Part shown: positions 47,942 to 59,368 of the stretch, piece by piece
Layout of the letters: the number at the start of each line of letters is the position of its first letter
Position numbering within the stretch: position 1 is the first letter of the stretch
DNA from: Selaginella moellendorffii
Lineage: Eukaryota > Plantae > Lycopodiophyta
Length of the DNA: 64,000 nt
Direction: 5' to 3'
Assembly: GCF_000143415.4 (NCBI RefSeq)
Contig: NW_003314269.1
Span: 210,401 to 274,400, forward strand
Notes under the pieces: model-generated
Told to the model about the DNA's origin: nothing
The model's database searches: none
The model's input: the letters and a program-made list of their open reading frames with translations, nothing else
Translations under genes and position numbers: made by a program

Positions 47942-48260
47942 GGATGGATTTTTTTTTATTTTTTTAATTGTTTCGTGCTGTTGGTTCTTACCTTGCTCGG
48001 ATGTTAGGACAATAGGATAGCGCCTATAGCTCCTTTGGCCAAAGAGCAAGCAAAGGTAAGACAGATCCAAAGAGCTGCGTGGCGATGCTTATCCTTGTTT
48101 CAATGCAGGAGAAGGTCGTTTCACTGCAGCTGAGACCAATAAAGTGAGCGGTAAGATCTCACGTTCTTCTGATTTCTAGCCCAACGCAGCTTCAGGCTCT
48201 CCAGCCCAGTGTCCGATGGAGGCTCACAGACGTCTTTGGACGGTAAAGCTTTTCTGTAAA
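47942..48260 (+). pseudogene. Diverged internal DAWDLE fragment (relic copy d)
   Basis: Similar to 21807-22140 with further small deletions. Confidence 0.7.
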
Positions 48261-48358
48261 TAATCTTAGTGTTCACACTGATATACATTCGATGTGATGG
48301 TCTGATCGAGCAGCGGATGAGCATTTCGAAATGTTTCAGCTTGAGCACAAGATTCGGT

Positions 48359-51300
48359 TCAGGGACCTGGGTTTACTGTTATGACCGTCTGACCATCCGT
48401 TTTAGTCTGACCATCCGTCTGACCATCCGTTTCAGTCTTACCATCCGGAACCAGGGAATCCAAACCATCTTCCCAAGGTCGCTGACCACGCGCATACCTT
48501 TTCCGTCTCTGAGGTGAACCCTGAGAGCTTAGAAGCTCTTCAAGCGTTTGACTGCCGAAACTTATGCCCCCAACCTCCGAATGATCTTGCACTTTAAAGC
48601 ACCGTTTCAGAGCATCAACAAGCTTCGAGATGGTATTTTTCTGACCGTCGCTCCCCTGACCTGCTTTGCTGAGCTGCGAGTCGAAGAACCTGAGCTTCCG
48701 GGAATTCAGGTTGTAAACTGCGTAGATGAACGTGCAGAGAGGAGCTAAGCAGACCAAACCCCCGGGGACAGCAGTGGCGATCATGCTGGTCGGGTACTTT
48801 CCCGAAGGTGGCAATGCTGAGAATCCTGCGGCTCCAAATCCCACGAGGACGAAGATGATGGAGATGACGAGCATGACTGCTGCGGCAATGAGTATGTGTC
48901 GGAGACGGCGAAGGAGTGTCAGGTTGAATTTGTCGGGAGAAGGCAGGACCCCGGTGACTCCTGCCAGAGCACTGGCCATGGCGAAAAAGAAGGACAAACT
49001 GTTGGCAACCCAGAACACAACCACACCTGGTCTGTCGATGGACACATACTCCCTGTCCTTGAACTTAAGTTTGTACCCCAGTGGCGGATTCAATAAGCCT
49101 CCGAACGTGACACTGGCAATGAGAGCTGATCCAACCAGTATTGCGTTTAAGCCATCCACGAACATCTGCCGGTCCTTGTGCAAGCTCTCAGTATAGCTGC
49201 CCCACTTGAGGCAGTTCAGCATGACAGCATCCTTCTCACCCACCCATTGTGCGTCCCAATAAGGTGGCTTGCCGAAGTTATCGCAGACGTCTGGTTTGCA
49301 GCCTTTGCGAGACAAGGTAACCACTGTCTCGCGCTCCATGAAGATGGCAGCCCAGTGCAAAGCAGTCCGACCTGTCCGGTGGCCTGTGTCGTTGGGATAA
49401 TCTTTGATGAACTTTTCCGACAACTGTTTCAAACGTTGAGCCAGCCGTTTCCTCCTATGTCCTTCTTCGTCGTTATATTTCTTTTCCAAGATGTTCTCTT
49501 GCGAGATGGCCTCCAAGTCCTTGCTTCTGTCTTCTTCGAGTTTTGCCTCCCAATAAGCCACAGGCACATCTTTCACCAGCCCACTCACGTCGTCGAAGGC
49601 ATCCTTGTACTTGCTTGGCAATTTTCGATATTTGTCTTCAAAGTTAATGTCCAGTTTCTTCCACACAGCTTCCTTGATCATATCGGGTAATTCCTGGGTG
49701 AAGCACTTTGCCATGCAGGTTGCGAAGGTCTCCCTTCCCCGCACCTCATCCTGTTCTCCATGCAAGAAAGCAATCTTAAAAGCTAACCTGAGTTGATCAT
49801 TGATTCCTTTCACGTTGGTGTACTTCTTCATCATGAACTCCATCACAGGCTTTACTCTGTTGAACAGGCCCTTGCCACCGAATTCTGTGCTTCTGGTAGT
49901 GGCACTCAAAGCAGCCCATTCCAGTAGCCGTGATTCCTCCACAAGGTCATGAACAGAGTCCTCTGGCCCTGACCCAGTTTCTCTTGTACCCAACTTCTTC
50001 GCTAAGAGCCCATTCGTTATACTGTCTCCATATGCAACAGCAGACGACAATATACCAGGCTCCAACACTCCATCCCTGCCCAGGAAAGTCCACGGCACCC
50101 AATCAATTATGTCGGCTTGACCATGATCTTCAATACGCTGGAATGCCCGCTGCCAGTCCTCGTGACTTCCTGGAAACACCTGTATCTTTCTTTTCACATG
50201 TTCACATATGAGTATGTCAAGACAGTCTATGTTGCCACCCATAGCCGCCCAATGCCATGGCAGTCCTTTCTCAACCTTGTCCTCCGCATCTAGCTTGATG
50301 TCGTTAATTTTCAGCAACCACTCGAGTGCAACAGTGTTCCCATTCCAGGCAGCAAAGTGCAACGGAGTCAGACCTGCTTTAGTAGCTCGGTTCACTTCCG
50401 GGCCGTTCGGATCCAGCAACGCGAAGATATCTTTACCCCCTCCTCTAGCAGCAAAGTGCAATACTCCAGCTCCTGTCTCATCTTCTAAGCGAAAATCAGC
50501 ACCTTTGTCGCGTAATTTGCGAGCAATGTCAGCTCTGGCTTGTCCAACAGCATAATGCAAAGGAGTGTGCCCAAGCTTATTCTTTTTGTCAATCTCCGCA
50601 CCTGCTTCCAGTAATGCTGTGACGATTGTGACTTCCCCTTGGCCAACAGCAAGATGCAAAGGGCTCTCCCCTGCTACGATTTCCAAACACCCAACACAAT
50701 TCGAAGCAGCGAAATGAAGAGCAGTGTTGCCGAGTTCGTCTTGCTTCCGTACGTCAATTTTACTTTTTTCATGGAGGTTCAGCAGCGCTTTCACCAGACT
50801 TACATTTCCAAATTCACTTGCAAGGTGTAGTGCGGTTTTGTCAGCATAAACATTGTGGATGTTCCAACCATATTTTAGAGCTTCCAGTTTGTCACTAAAA
50901 TCTCCACCTTCTTGGATCCGCAGCTCCTCCAAGGCATCTGCCCAAAAATTTCAGATGTTAGAAGGACTTACTCTCTACGACTTACTCGTGATATGTTCCA
51001 CTGAGCAAGCCTTTTGGAATCGTGGCTTCAAGGCTGTGTGCAGTAGCAGTTGAAAAACCGACTCATTCCCTTGTAACGCCAGGTGCAACGAAGACGCTCC
51101 CTCCTTGTCTTTTCGGCACGGATCAGCACCTTTGGCAATCAACAGAACAATCATGTCCTGCTGCTCGTGTAGATGTTGTTCCACAAGGGAAAGCTCCTCT
51201 TCTAGATATCGTTCCACACGGGAAAGCTCCTGCTGCCTTATGTGTAACTCCTCCTTTAACTCCAACTCCTTTATCATCTGCAGGACTGCAAGGTGCAGAA

Positions 51301-52079
51301 GAGTCTGGCCCTTCTCCAAGTCAGGGGTGTCCACCTCGGCTACGTGGTAGAGCAACTTCTTCAGAACTTCAAGGTTGGCACCTTTTTTTACTGCAATGTG
51401 TAACGGCGCGTCCCCCTTGATATTCTTTTGGCATGGATCCGCATCATTCCATAAGAGCGCTTGTATCACTTTCAGGTTCTGTCGTTTCACAGCAGTGTGC
51501 AAGGGAGTATTGCCATCTTTATCAACGACATTAACTTGCTTTGCATCCCTCAGCTCTTGTAGCAGTTGTTTAACAATGGCAGGGTTTTCAACAGTGGCAG
51601 CTCCATGTAGAGCGGTGCTACCATTGGATGAATCTGCTTCTAAGATGTCGTTTACCTTAGTGATCTCAGACCATTCGAGCAACCAGGATATTGCAGAAGT
51701 GTTCTCAGCCTCCGCAGCGAGATATAGTGCAGTTGTGAAGATACATTTCTGCCTGTCATAGACAGTATGACCATCCCAGTCTTTGTTATTGATCAGGTCC
51801 ATCAATCTTTCTTCAGGGCTGCTATCCATGAGAATCGGTCGAAATTGATCTGAAGGAGCAAAGGTAATGTCTACATACACAGTCCTGAAAGCATCACTTA
51901 CGTGCTTCAACATGCGTTGAGGACAGGATCTTTGGGGCTCGTTTCGTCGCAACGCTATTCGACAAGGAGGGGGCAGCGGGAGCGGGAGCGCCACCACCAC
52001 CACCACCATCGCCTCCGCCAGACTGAGCGCTACCAGCACCACCACCACTACCACCACGCGCGTTCTCTGCTGACGCCAT
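48359..52079 (-). CDS. Ankyrin/coiled-coil/PGG-type TM protein copy 4, intact, 3 exons
   Basis: Exon 1 MASAENARGG..., open exons 2 and 3, TATATATA about 50 bp upstream. Confidence 0.9.
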
Positions 52080-52353
52080 CAACCTACGCTCCAACAAAAA
52101 CGATGAAATTGATCAGGCACGATTTCTTGTATATATATGCCTAGATGCCTTGCTGGAAACGTAAGTTGCAGGCAAGACCTTAGATTCCACATAGGACACT
52201 GAAACAATGCGATGCAATTCTTTCTTTATCCGGCACCAAGGCCTACAGGGAATCTATTGGACGCAAATTTATGCGCATTGCAAGCCCTAAAAAGAAAATC
52301 TACTCTATCTACGAATATTCTCGAAGATGCGTTATTTTAGGGCAAGATAGAGC

Positions 52354-53788
52354 ATGGCGAGTCCAAGAGTACAGCGGTCGCGGCGGAGCGAAGGGGACGC
52401 CCATCGCCGAGGTAGGGAGCATGGGCGCAGCCGGAACAGAGATGGCGAGCGTGACGGGCGTGGAAGAGCAAGGGATTCGGACAGGGATGAGGCTGCTGTG
52501 AGAGGTAGGAGCGAGGACGATGGCAGGGATGGAGCTAGGCGTGGGGGGAGAGAGAGGTCTAGTGACAGGGAAGAGCGAGAGAAATGGGAAACGAGAACTA
52601 GAGTCAAGGATGAAGCAAAGGAGCCCAGGAGTGTAGAGAATGTGTTTAAAAGGGAGCGTGGCGATGAAGCGGCGATGGAGGATTTGAGTAGCAAGCGTGT
52701 CAAAGTGGAGCCGGGGGACATTGAGAACGAGGTGTCTGGTGATTTCTATCGGGCCTTTTTCTCTTTCGATCTTGCGAATGCTTCGAATGCTTACTGGGTG
52801 TTTTGTGCGTGTAGGATAGAGATGGGGATGAAGCGAAAGAGATCCCTCGCAGGTATGGCTTTGAGTTTTCTCTTGTTTCTTTTGGTTCTTTACCGTGTTT
52901 GGATTGTAGCAGCAAGGACGATAGTATAGCGCTCATGGAGCAAGCAGAAGCTGCTTTGGAGGCCAAGGAACAAGCAAAGGTAGGACAGATCCAAAGAGCT
53001 GCGCTGCGATGCTTCATCCTTGTTTCAATGCAGGAAAAGGCCTCGTTTGAGTACACTGGGAAGCTCGCAGCTGAGACCAACAAAGTCAGTGGTAAGATCT
53101 CCTTTGTTTTTCCTTTGTTTCTGCTTTCTGATATCTAGTTTCCAACAGGTATTGCGTTGCAGTTTACGGAGCCTCCCGAGGCTCGCCAGCCCAGTGTCCG
53201 ATGGAGGCTCTACGTTTTCAAAGACGGAGCGCCTTTGGAAGGTAAAGCTTTTGTATTTGTTCTCGATTTTCATGTGAATGATCTGAGTGATCTTCCCGAG
53301 CAGACCCGCTTTTCATACATCGGCAGAGTTGCTATCTGTTTGGACGAGAAAGAAAGGTTGCAGACATTCCGATCGATCATCCCTCTTGCAGCAAGCAGCA
53401 CGCGGTCATCCAGTACAGGCTCATCGAGAAAGAAGTGGACGGACTTATGTCGAAAAAGATCAGGTAACGAAATCTCAAGGCTAGCGCTACATCTTTCTCA
53501 TTTCCCTTCATCGTTCCAGGCCCTACGTCATGGATCTGGGAAGTACCAACAAAACCTTCTTGAATGTAAGTCGAAGCCATTGTTTCGTTTCAAACTGTCC
53601 CTGACTTGCTTTCGCAGGGAGAAGCGATCGAGCCTCAACGTTACTACGAACTTTTTGAGAAGGACACTCTCAAGTTTGGCAACAGCAGGTTGGTTTGGCT
53701 TTGTTTCATCATGTAGATCTCGTTTTTAATCGTTTTTCCTCGTCTTTCCAGCCGCGAGTACGTTCTTCTTCACGAAAACTCAGCATAG
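52354..53788 (+). CDS. DDL: FHA-domain protein DAWDLE/SNIP1 (multi-exon)
   Basis: R/D/E/S-rich N-terminus; GKLAAETNKV, EPPEARQPSVRWRLYVFK, HRQSCYLFGRERKVADIPIDHPSCSKQHAVIQYR, PYVMDLGSTN, SREYVLLHENSA*. Confidence 0.95.
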
Positions 53789-54083
53789 ATAACGTCTCTA
53801 AGCCAAATTTTCTAACATCTTCGCGAAGAAGAGAAGCAATGTAAGCTGTTTCACTTCGCGAAATCGTGCGTTTGTCTTCTTTTCAGCACGATGTCCATTG
53901 AATTGTTTTCCTTTTTTTCTCCCATAGGATTCCATCCAACGGCTGTGGTGAGCGTTCGATCGGACCGCCAGGTGTTGATGCCCGCGTTCGAATCCTGCGG
54001 TCACCTCAATTTAGGTCTCCATTCTTATTCATCTCCCCCATTTTTTCTCTTTCCATGAGAAAAAAAGAGAGCAGCGAGAAGCC

Positions 54084-56095
54084 ATGTCCAATGACAAAGT
54101 GACGGTCAGCAAGGAGCAAAACGAGAAGCACAAGAAGGTACTAAAATTCTTCCTTCCAATCGCTGGATTTTCGTTTGCTTTCTTTTTTTCTTTTTACTCA
54201 GATCTTGGAGGCTTTGATGAAATTGCCAGATAACAGGGAATGTGCTGATTGTCGAAGCAAGTGAGTAGGAAAAAATACATTCTTTTTGCTCGCTTGTGTG
54301 ATCCGATTTGACAAAATGGCATTGTAGGAGCCCGAGGTGGGCGAGCATCAACCTTGGAATTTTTATCTGTATTCAATGCTCTGGAATTCATCGGGGTCTG
54401 GGAGTTCACATTTCCAAGGTGACACCTTTATCTCTTTTCTTTCTTGAACCTTGTAGTAATCGTTCATATTCCAGGTGCGATCGACTACTCTTGATACATG
54501 GCTGCCGGAACAAGTCAAGTTCATGCACGGTAGAGCTTGTTTTTTTTGCTCGACTGCAAAGAAATTGCAATTTTGATGATCAGATATGGGGAATGTAAGA
54601 GCGAACAAGTATTGGGAATCAGAGTTGCCACAAAATTTCAAGCGCCCTCAAGAAAACGATCGAGCAGGACTAGAAGCATTTGCGCGTGCCAAGTACGTCG
54701 GTACTCACATATCCTTGCCACTCAGCAAGCAAAACTTTTGTGTGGATGCAGGTACGATGACAAGCGTTTTGCAGCCAAAGGTGTTCCTCAGCCCCAACCG
54801 GCCGCTGTTTCAAACGAAACCATCGAAAGCTTGGGAGCTGCTCCCAGAGGCGGGAGTCCAAATCAAAATCCGCAAATCGCTGGTCCGCAGCATATTGTGG
54901 CTTCTGCATCAAGTCCTCCAAGATTTGCTGTAAGAATTCCTTTGTGCCATGCCAAGCCAACTTTTTCTTCTTTTGTTTTTTTTCCAGCCTCCACCAGCAA
55001 CAGTGACTGCTCCACCACCAAAAGAATCACCGTTCAACACGACCTCTCACAGGGAGTCCCAGGATTGGGCTGTCTTTCAAAGTAGGCTCTTTTTCGTTTT
55101 CTCGTCTCGCTAAGTCTCTACTTTTCATTTGTAGCGGCCGATACCCCTCCATTACGTCAAGTCAGCATCGGTCCCACTGCCGAAGGCAAGCATCAAACTG
55201 ACGCGAGGCGAAGCATCACGAACATGTTCAAGAATGTAAGTGCGCTTTCAAACTTGTCCTCGTCGATCACGCCTCGCGTTTCTCCAGTGTTACAAGGTGA
55301 TCAACTAAACAGCACTAAGCGCACACATACCTTATCTAAGTTCTACTCTTTTCAACAGGTAATCGATCAAAAGTGTCTGTCCCGAAAGCTTACAGATTCA
55401 AATATGTTGTTGTTGTTGTCGCAGACCGGAGCGTCCGTTCCACAGTCGCCGAATTTGACAAGCTTCCCTCGAGGGGCTACAAAGTACTGTTTGCTCTCTC
55501 GCGATAAGTTTATCCAGCTCGTGGTTTTCACCATTGTTTTTTTTGTTTTCCTGTTTGCCTGGATCATCGCGCAGTGCTGTCGGCAGCCCGGAGCGTCCAC
55601 ACAATCGAGCCACATACGGGGCCACCTCCGGTCCGGTCCCCGCTCAAGCACCATCTGGAGCACGCGCTGAAAGATCCGGCCTCGTGACTCAACTGGGATC
55701 CAAGTCGCCCGAGTCACTCTCGGCGGAAGAATTGTCTTGGCAATAAGCTCAGCTAAGTTGTCGCTGCTCTACACTCCCAAGCTCTTCCTCTCTCTCCTGC
55801 CAGAAGTTTACAAGTTTGAGAGGATTAGTCTCACAGAGGACATCTCGCTTTTTCTTCCAGAAGTTTGCAAAGTCGAGTGATTCGATTCTCTTGTCTAAAT
55901 CTCCCACCAGTGGAAGGCTTTCGTTTTTCTTTTTTTTCTTTCTTTCTTTCTTTCTTTTACAGCACATTTCGTGTACACATTTCTACGGTTTTTTCCTGGC
56001 AGGATAACTATTCCAAACATGTCTACCCCTGTGGAGAAAGTAAGAGCTTTTGTACAGCGCATCTTCGACTTTGTAGGCCTAGTGATACTGACTAA
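54084..56095 (+). CDS. ArfGAP of the AGD5/SMAP type; 3' exons uncertain
   Basis: CADCRSK|[30 protein letters not shown]|[20 protein letters not shown]. The end coordinate is a best guess. Confidence 0.85.
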
Positions 56096-56147
56096 AGCGG
56101 ATCAAAGCACTAGAGAGGAAAAAAAAGAGTGTCCGTACCCGTGCTCT

Positions 56148-56507
56148 CTAGAGCATCTCTTTGACGCTGGAGCGCATCCACGAGAGCGCAATTGCCACGA
56201 CGAGGAAGCCCGCGAGCGCCACGAAGGAATCGCTCATCTTGAATTCGGGCAATCGCCAGTGTGTGACTCGGAGGGAATTCTCGTACGCGCCGTAGAACTG
56301 GAAGAGGATGAGGATGATCGCGGGGATGAGGATGAGCACCTCCGCGGGGAACATCGCCCGCCCGTTGGATCGCCTCATTCTGGTCATAGCCTCGTCCACC
56401 GCCGGCTGGCTGCTCATGAACCAAGGACCCACTGCCATGAAGAGCACCAGGAGCAAGAGCAAGAGCGGCAGCGTCGGTGATGGCGATTGGGACGCCGATG
56501 AAGGCAT
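56148..56507 (-). CDS. Small intronless membrane protein (119 aa, three hydrophobic segments)
   Basis: LLLLLLVLFMAVGPWF / VLILIPAIILILFQF / FVALAGFLVVAIALSW; GC-rich codon usage. Confidence 0.65.
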   Translation of the reverse strand: MPSSASQSPSPTLPLLLLLLVLFMAVGPWFMSSQPAVDEAMTRMRRSNGRAMFPAEVLILIPAIILILFQFYGAYENSLRVTHWRLPEFKMSDSFVALAGFLVVAIALSWMRSSVKEML

Positions 56508-56792
56508 TGTAGCCGAGCGAGCAAGGATTTACCCAGATCTTGGAGCGTGATCGGTAGATTGTTCTATCCGGATCGACAAGAAGAAGTCGCGAACTATAAG
56601 CAGAGGAGAAAGAGGAGGAAGAAGGTTATAGCGCCAAATAGCACCGTGCCAAATGGCTTTATCCTGGCCGTTGATGACGTGCGGCTGACATTAAATTACG
56701 TGGCGGCGAATACTACCTCCACGTGTCTTGAAGAAGACAGTTGACACGTGCATACTTTTGAATGTTAGGGCTAGTTCGTTACTTTGTTCTTC

Positions 56793-58688
56793 ATGGCGCC
56801 CAAGCCCAAGGGCGAGGAGCCCCCGCCGCCGCCGCCAGAGGAAGTGAAGGAGGATCCCAAGATCGCCCTGCGGAAGCAGATTGAAGCGCAAGAGCGCGAC
56901 ATCTTCCATCTAAAGTGAGTGAAATCGGGAATGTAAGTCTGTCGCGCGTGGTTACACTGGGTTTCCAGGCATCTGTTGGAGGCGTTGGTGGATGGAGAGG
57001 GCCACAGCCTTCGGGACGCCAAGATTTTGGAGCTCTTCAAGAAGGTGGAGTTTTTTTCTAACTCTCGCTTCTTCAAGCTCGTCTGCGCTTTCTTCTAATT
57101 AGAAGGGAGTGCTAATGCAGAATCGGGAGCTTAACCTGGCATATGAGCGAGAGAGAAATTCCTCGTCCAAGCTTAAGTTTCAAGTCGGGCAACTGCAGCA
57201 AGAGGTATTGTCTTGTTTTGTGCCTGTTCTTTAAATACCTTTTCTATCTGTCCTGTGCAGGTCTTGAAAAGAAGGAACAAACTCTACAAAGGCAATGCTG
57301 AAACTCTCCAGAAAACCAATGCAGAAGTTCCCGAACAAACAAATCCAGAAGTGTCTCAGCAAACCAATCCGGCAGATGGTGTTAAGAACGCACAACAACA
57401 AGACGAACAAAAGAAATCAGAGCAACCGGAAGGACAACAGGGAGAACAACAAGGGACTGTAGAGGAATCAATACAAGAAGCCAAAGCCGAGATTGCAACA
57501 CCTGAAGAACCGTGGAAGGAAAAATTCGATCAGGTGTGTAGCTTTGCACTGTTTTTTTTAGTTTCTAATTGTCACTTTTTCTTTCAGGTTGCCCTCAAGC
57601 TTGCCGAGGCCCAATCTGTACACACAGGCCTCACAATGGAGGTTTCTAAGCTTCGCTACGCGCTGCAACGTGAAGTTGGCGAACACATACCTGTAGCAAA
57701 GGTCTTTGCACTTGCACATCGGTATGATCTCTTCGATCCTGAAGATGCTCTTTGGTGTTAAGTGTTGAACAAGGTTTTGGAAGAAGGCGGTGAATGGAAA
57801 GGCCGAAGTCAGCAGATTTCTCTTCTCAAGGTAAATCAGAAATTGACATGGCTGTGCGCTAATCTTACCTCTTTCATCAGGACAAAGTGCGCGAGCTAAA
57901 AGCAAAGCTGCACCGGTCGGAGTCCGAAGAGTTTCAGCGTTTTCAAATTGAAGCTTTCCATGCTGCGCGCAGGAAAGAGTTTGAGAAGCTGGCAATCGAA
58001 TATTTGGTAATGTATATAATCTTCGTCTGTCTTGACTGGTTTAAAATACCCCAGGCACTGAGAGAAGATTTAGCGTGTCAACAACGGAAGCTGGAAGGCA
58101 TGATAGCAAGGAGGAACTATCTCGAAAACGAGGTTCAGTTACTACCGTGCTTCTAACCTTTCTCACCCGTCCTTTAAAACGTCTTCCAGATCCGGTCTGC
58201 TAAAGAGAAGATGGCCGTGCTTGTCAGAAAGAGTGAAAACGATGACAGATTGATAACTGCATTACGGCTCGAAGTAGAATCATATCGACAGGTGCCGAAC
58301 TTTTTTCGAATGCACTGCTAAGGAATTAACATTTTACTGAGCTTGCAGATAACGGGACCTGTCCAACTTGGATCCAAAGTTGGTGGTCCAATCCAGCTCG
58401 ATTTACTTCACAAGGAACACAAACTAGCAGCCGCGTTCAGTGATCTCAAGAAAAAGTGCTACCAACAGGTCAGCGTTGCAAGCATTTTCTAAGAGATTTA
58501 CATCAACTCGTTCTGCAGGAGCTGGAGATCCAAGCACAGGCAGAGCTTATCTCGTATCTTCGAGCAGTGGCATCAGCTCCTTTTGAGAAAGGTGTGATCT
58601 TTTTGTTTTCCAGGATTTATGCAATCGTGTGTTCTTTGCAGAGGTGACTTCCAACAGTCCTCGATCATCAGAGCTTGTCAAAGTTTGA
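56793..58688 (+). CDS. CCDC13: CCDC13-like centriolar-satellite coiled-coil protein (multi-exon)
   Basis: DAKILELFKK|NRELNLAYERE and ALQREVGE...EWKGRSQQISLLK|DKVRELK match the KIVEL.KKNR and L..EVGE...WRGRAQQI motifs I recall for CCDC13. Confidence 0.8.
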
Positions 58689-59368
58689 GCAAAAAAGATT
58701 GATGGAAGCTCTTGATTTTAATCCTGTTTGGAGCCACGAAAAAGTAGCAAAGAAAATTCTTTCTTTCTTACGATGCGCAAGGGGCCACATACGCAAGTAA
58801 CTTAGCGGCAACCGACAACGAGCAAAAGAGTGACTCCACGGGCGCCACGTCACCACCTTGATTTAGTGTTTGCTTTGGCGGTAAACGCTTTTGAATTTAG
58901 GGTTTATGAGAACGATAGTATTTCTTTAGGGCGGTCGATAGCGCGATGCTTGGCTGGGGCGCGACGAAGACACTAGATTGTCATTCCGGAGGGAGCTCGG
59001 CTTGACAAGGTAAGCGATGGATTTCATTCCACTGAGCGCTAGAAAAGAGGTAGCTCATTCGAATGGTAGAGTTTCCAGCGATAATCCATGCTCGAGTACA
59101 GAGCTATAATGTTATCAAGCCTCTGTGGCTTATGTCCATTGAGGTATGTAAGTGTTTTTCTTTCTGGATTCTGTGTGATGATCCTTTTTCTCTCAGGTGT
59201 CATGAATTTTTTTCGCGAAAGCCAGCGAGAACACATTCTTTTATTTCCTGGATCCAGTATAAGGTTGTAACGTCGGAGCTCACTGTTTTGAATTAACTTG
59301 AGAATTTTTCTGGCAGGGAACTCTTGTTTAACAATGTTTTGGCTGGGAGGAGCAAGAGGAAGGTAGCG

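Larger units (their letters stand above)
8367..53224. repeat. Patchwork tandem segmental amplification of a multigene cassette
   Basis: Near-identical direct repeats with junctions at about 17460, 25730, 26325, 26710-26780, 30735-30777 and 43223. Confidence 0.93.

Noticed and set aside
12000-52100. Cassette as a transposon (Helitron or Pack-MULE) or a CRISPR-like array
   Set aside because: No transposase, RepHel, TIRs, TSDs or short regularly spaced repeats were seen; breakpoints differ between units.
8344-53788. LOG + AMP1 + DDL as a functional cytokinin/miRNA gene cluster
   Set aside because: The Arabidopsis links are suggestive, but nothing in the sequence supports more than chance adjacency, and the extra LOG and DDL copies are broken.
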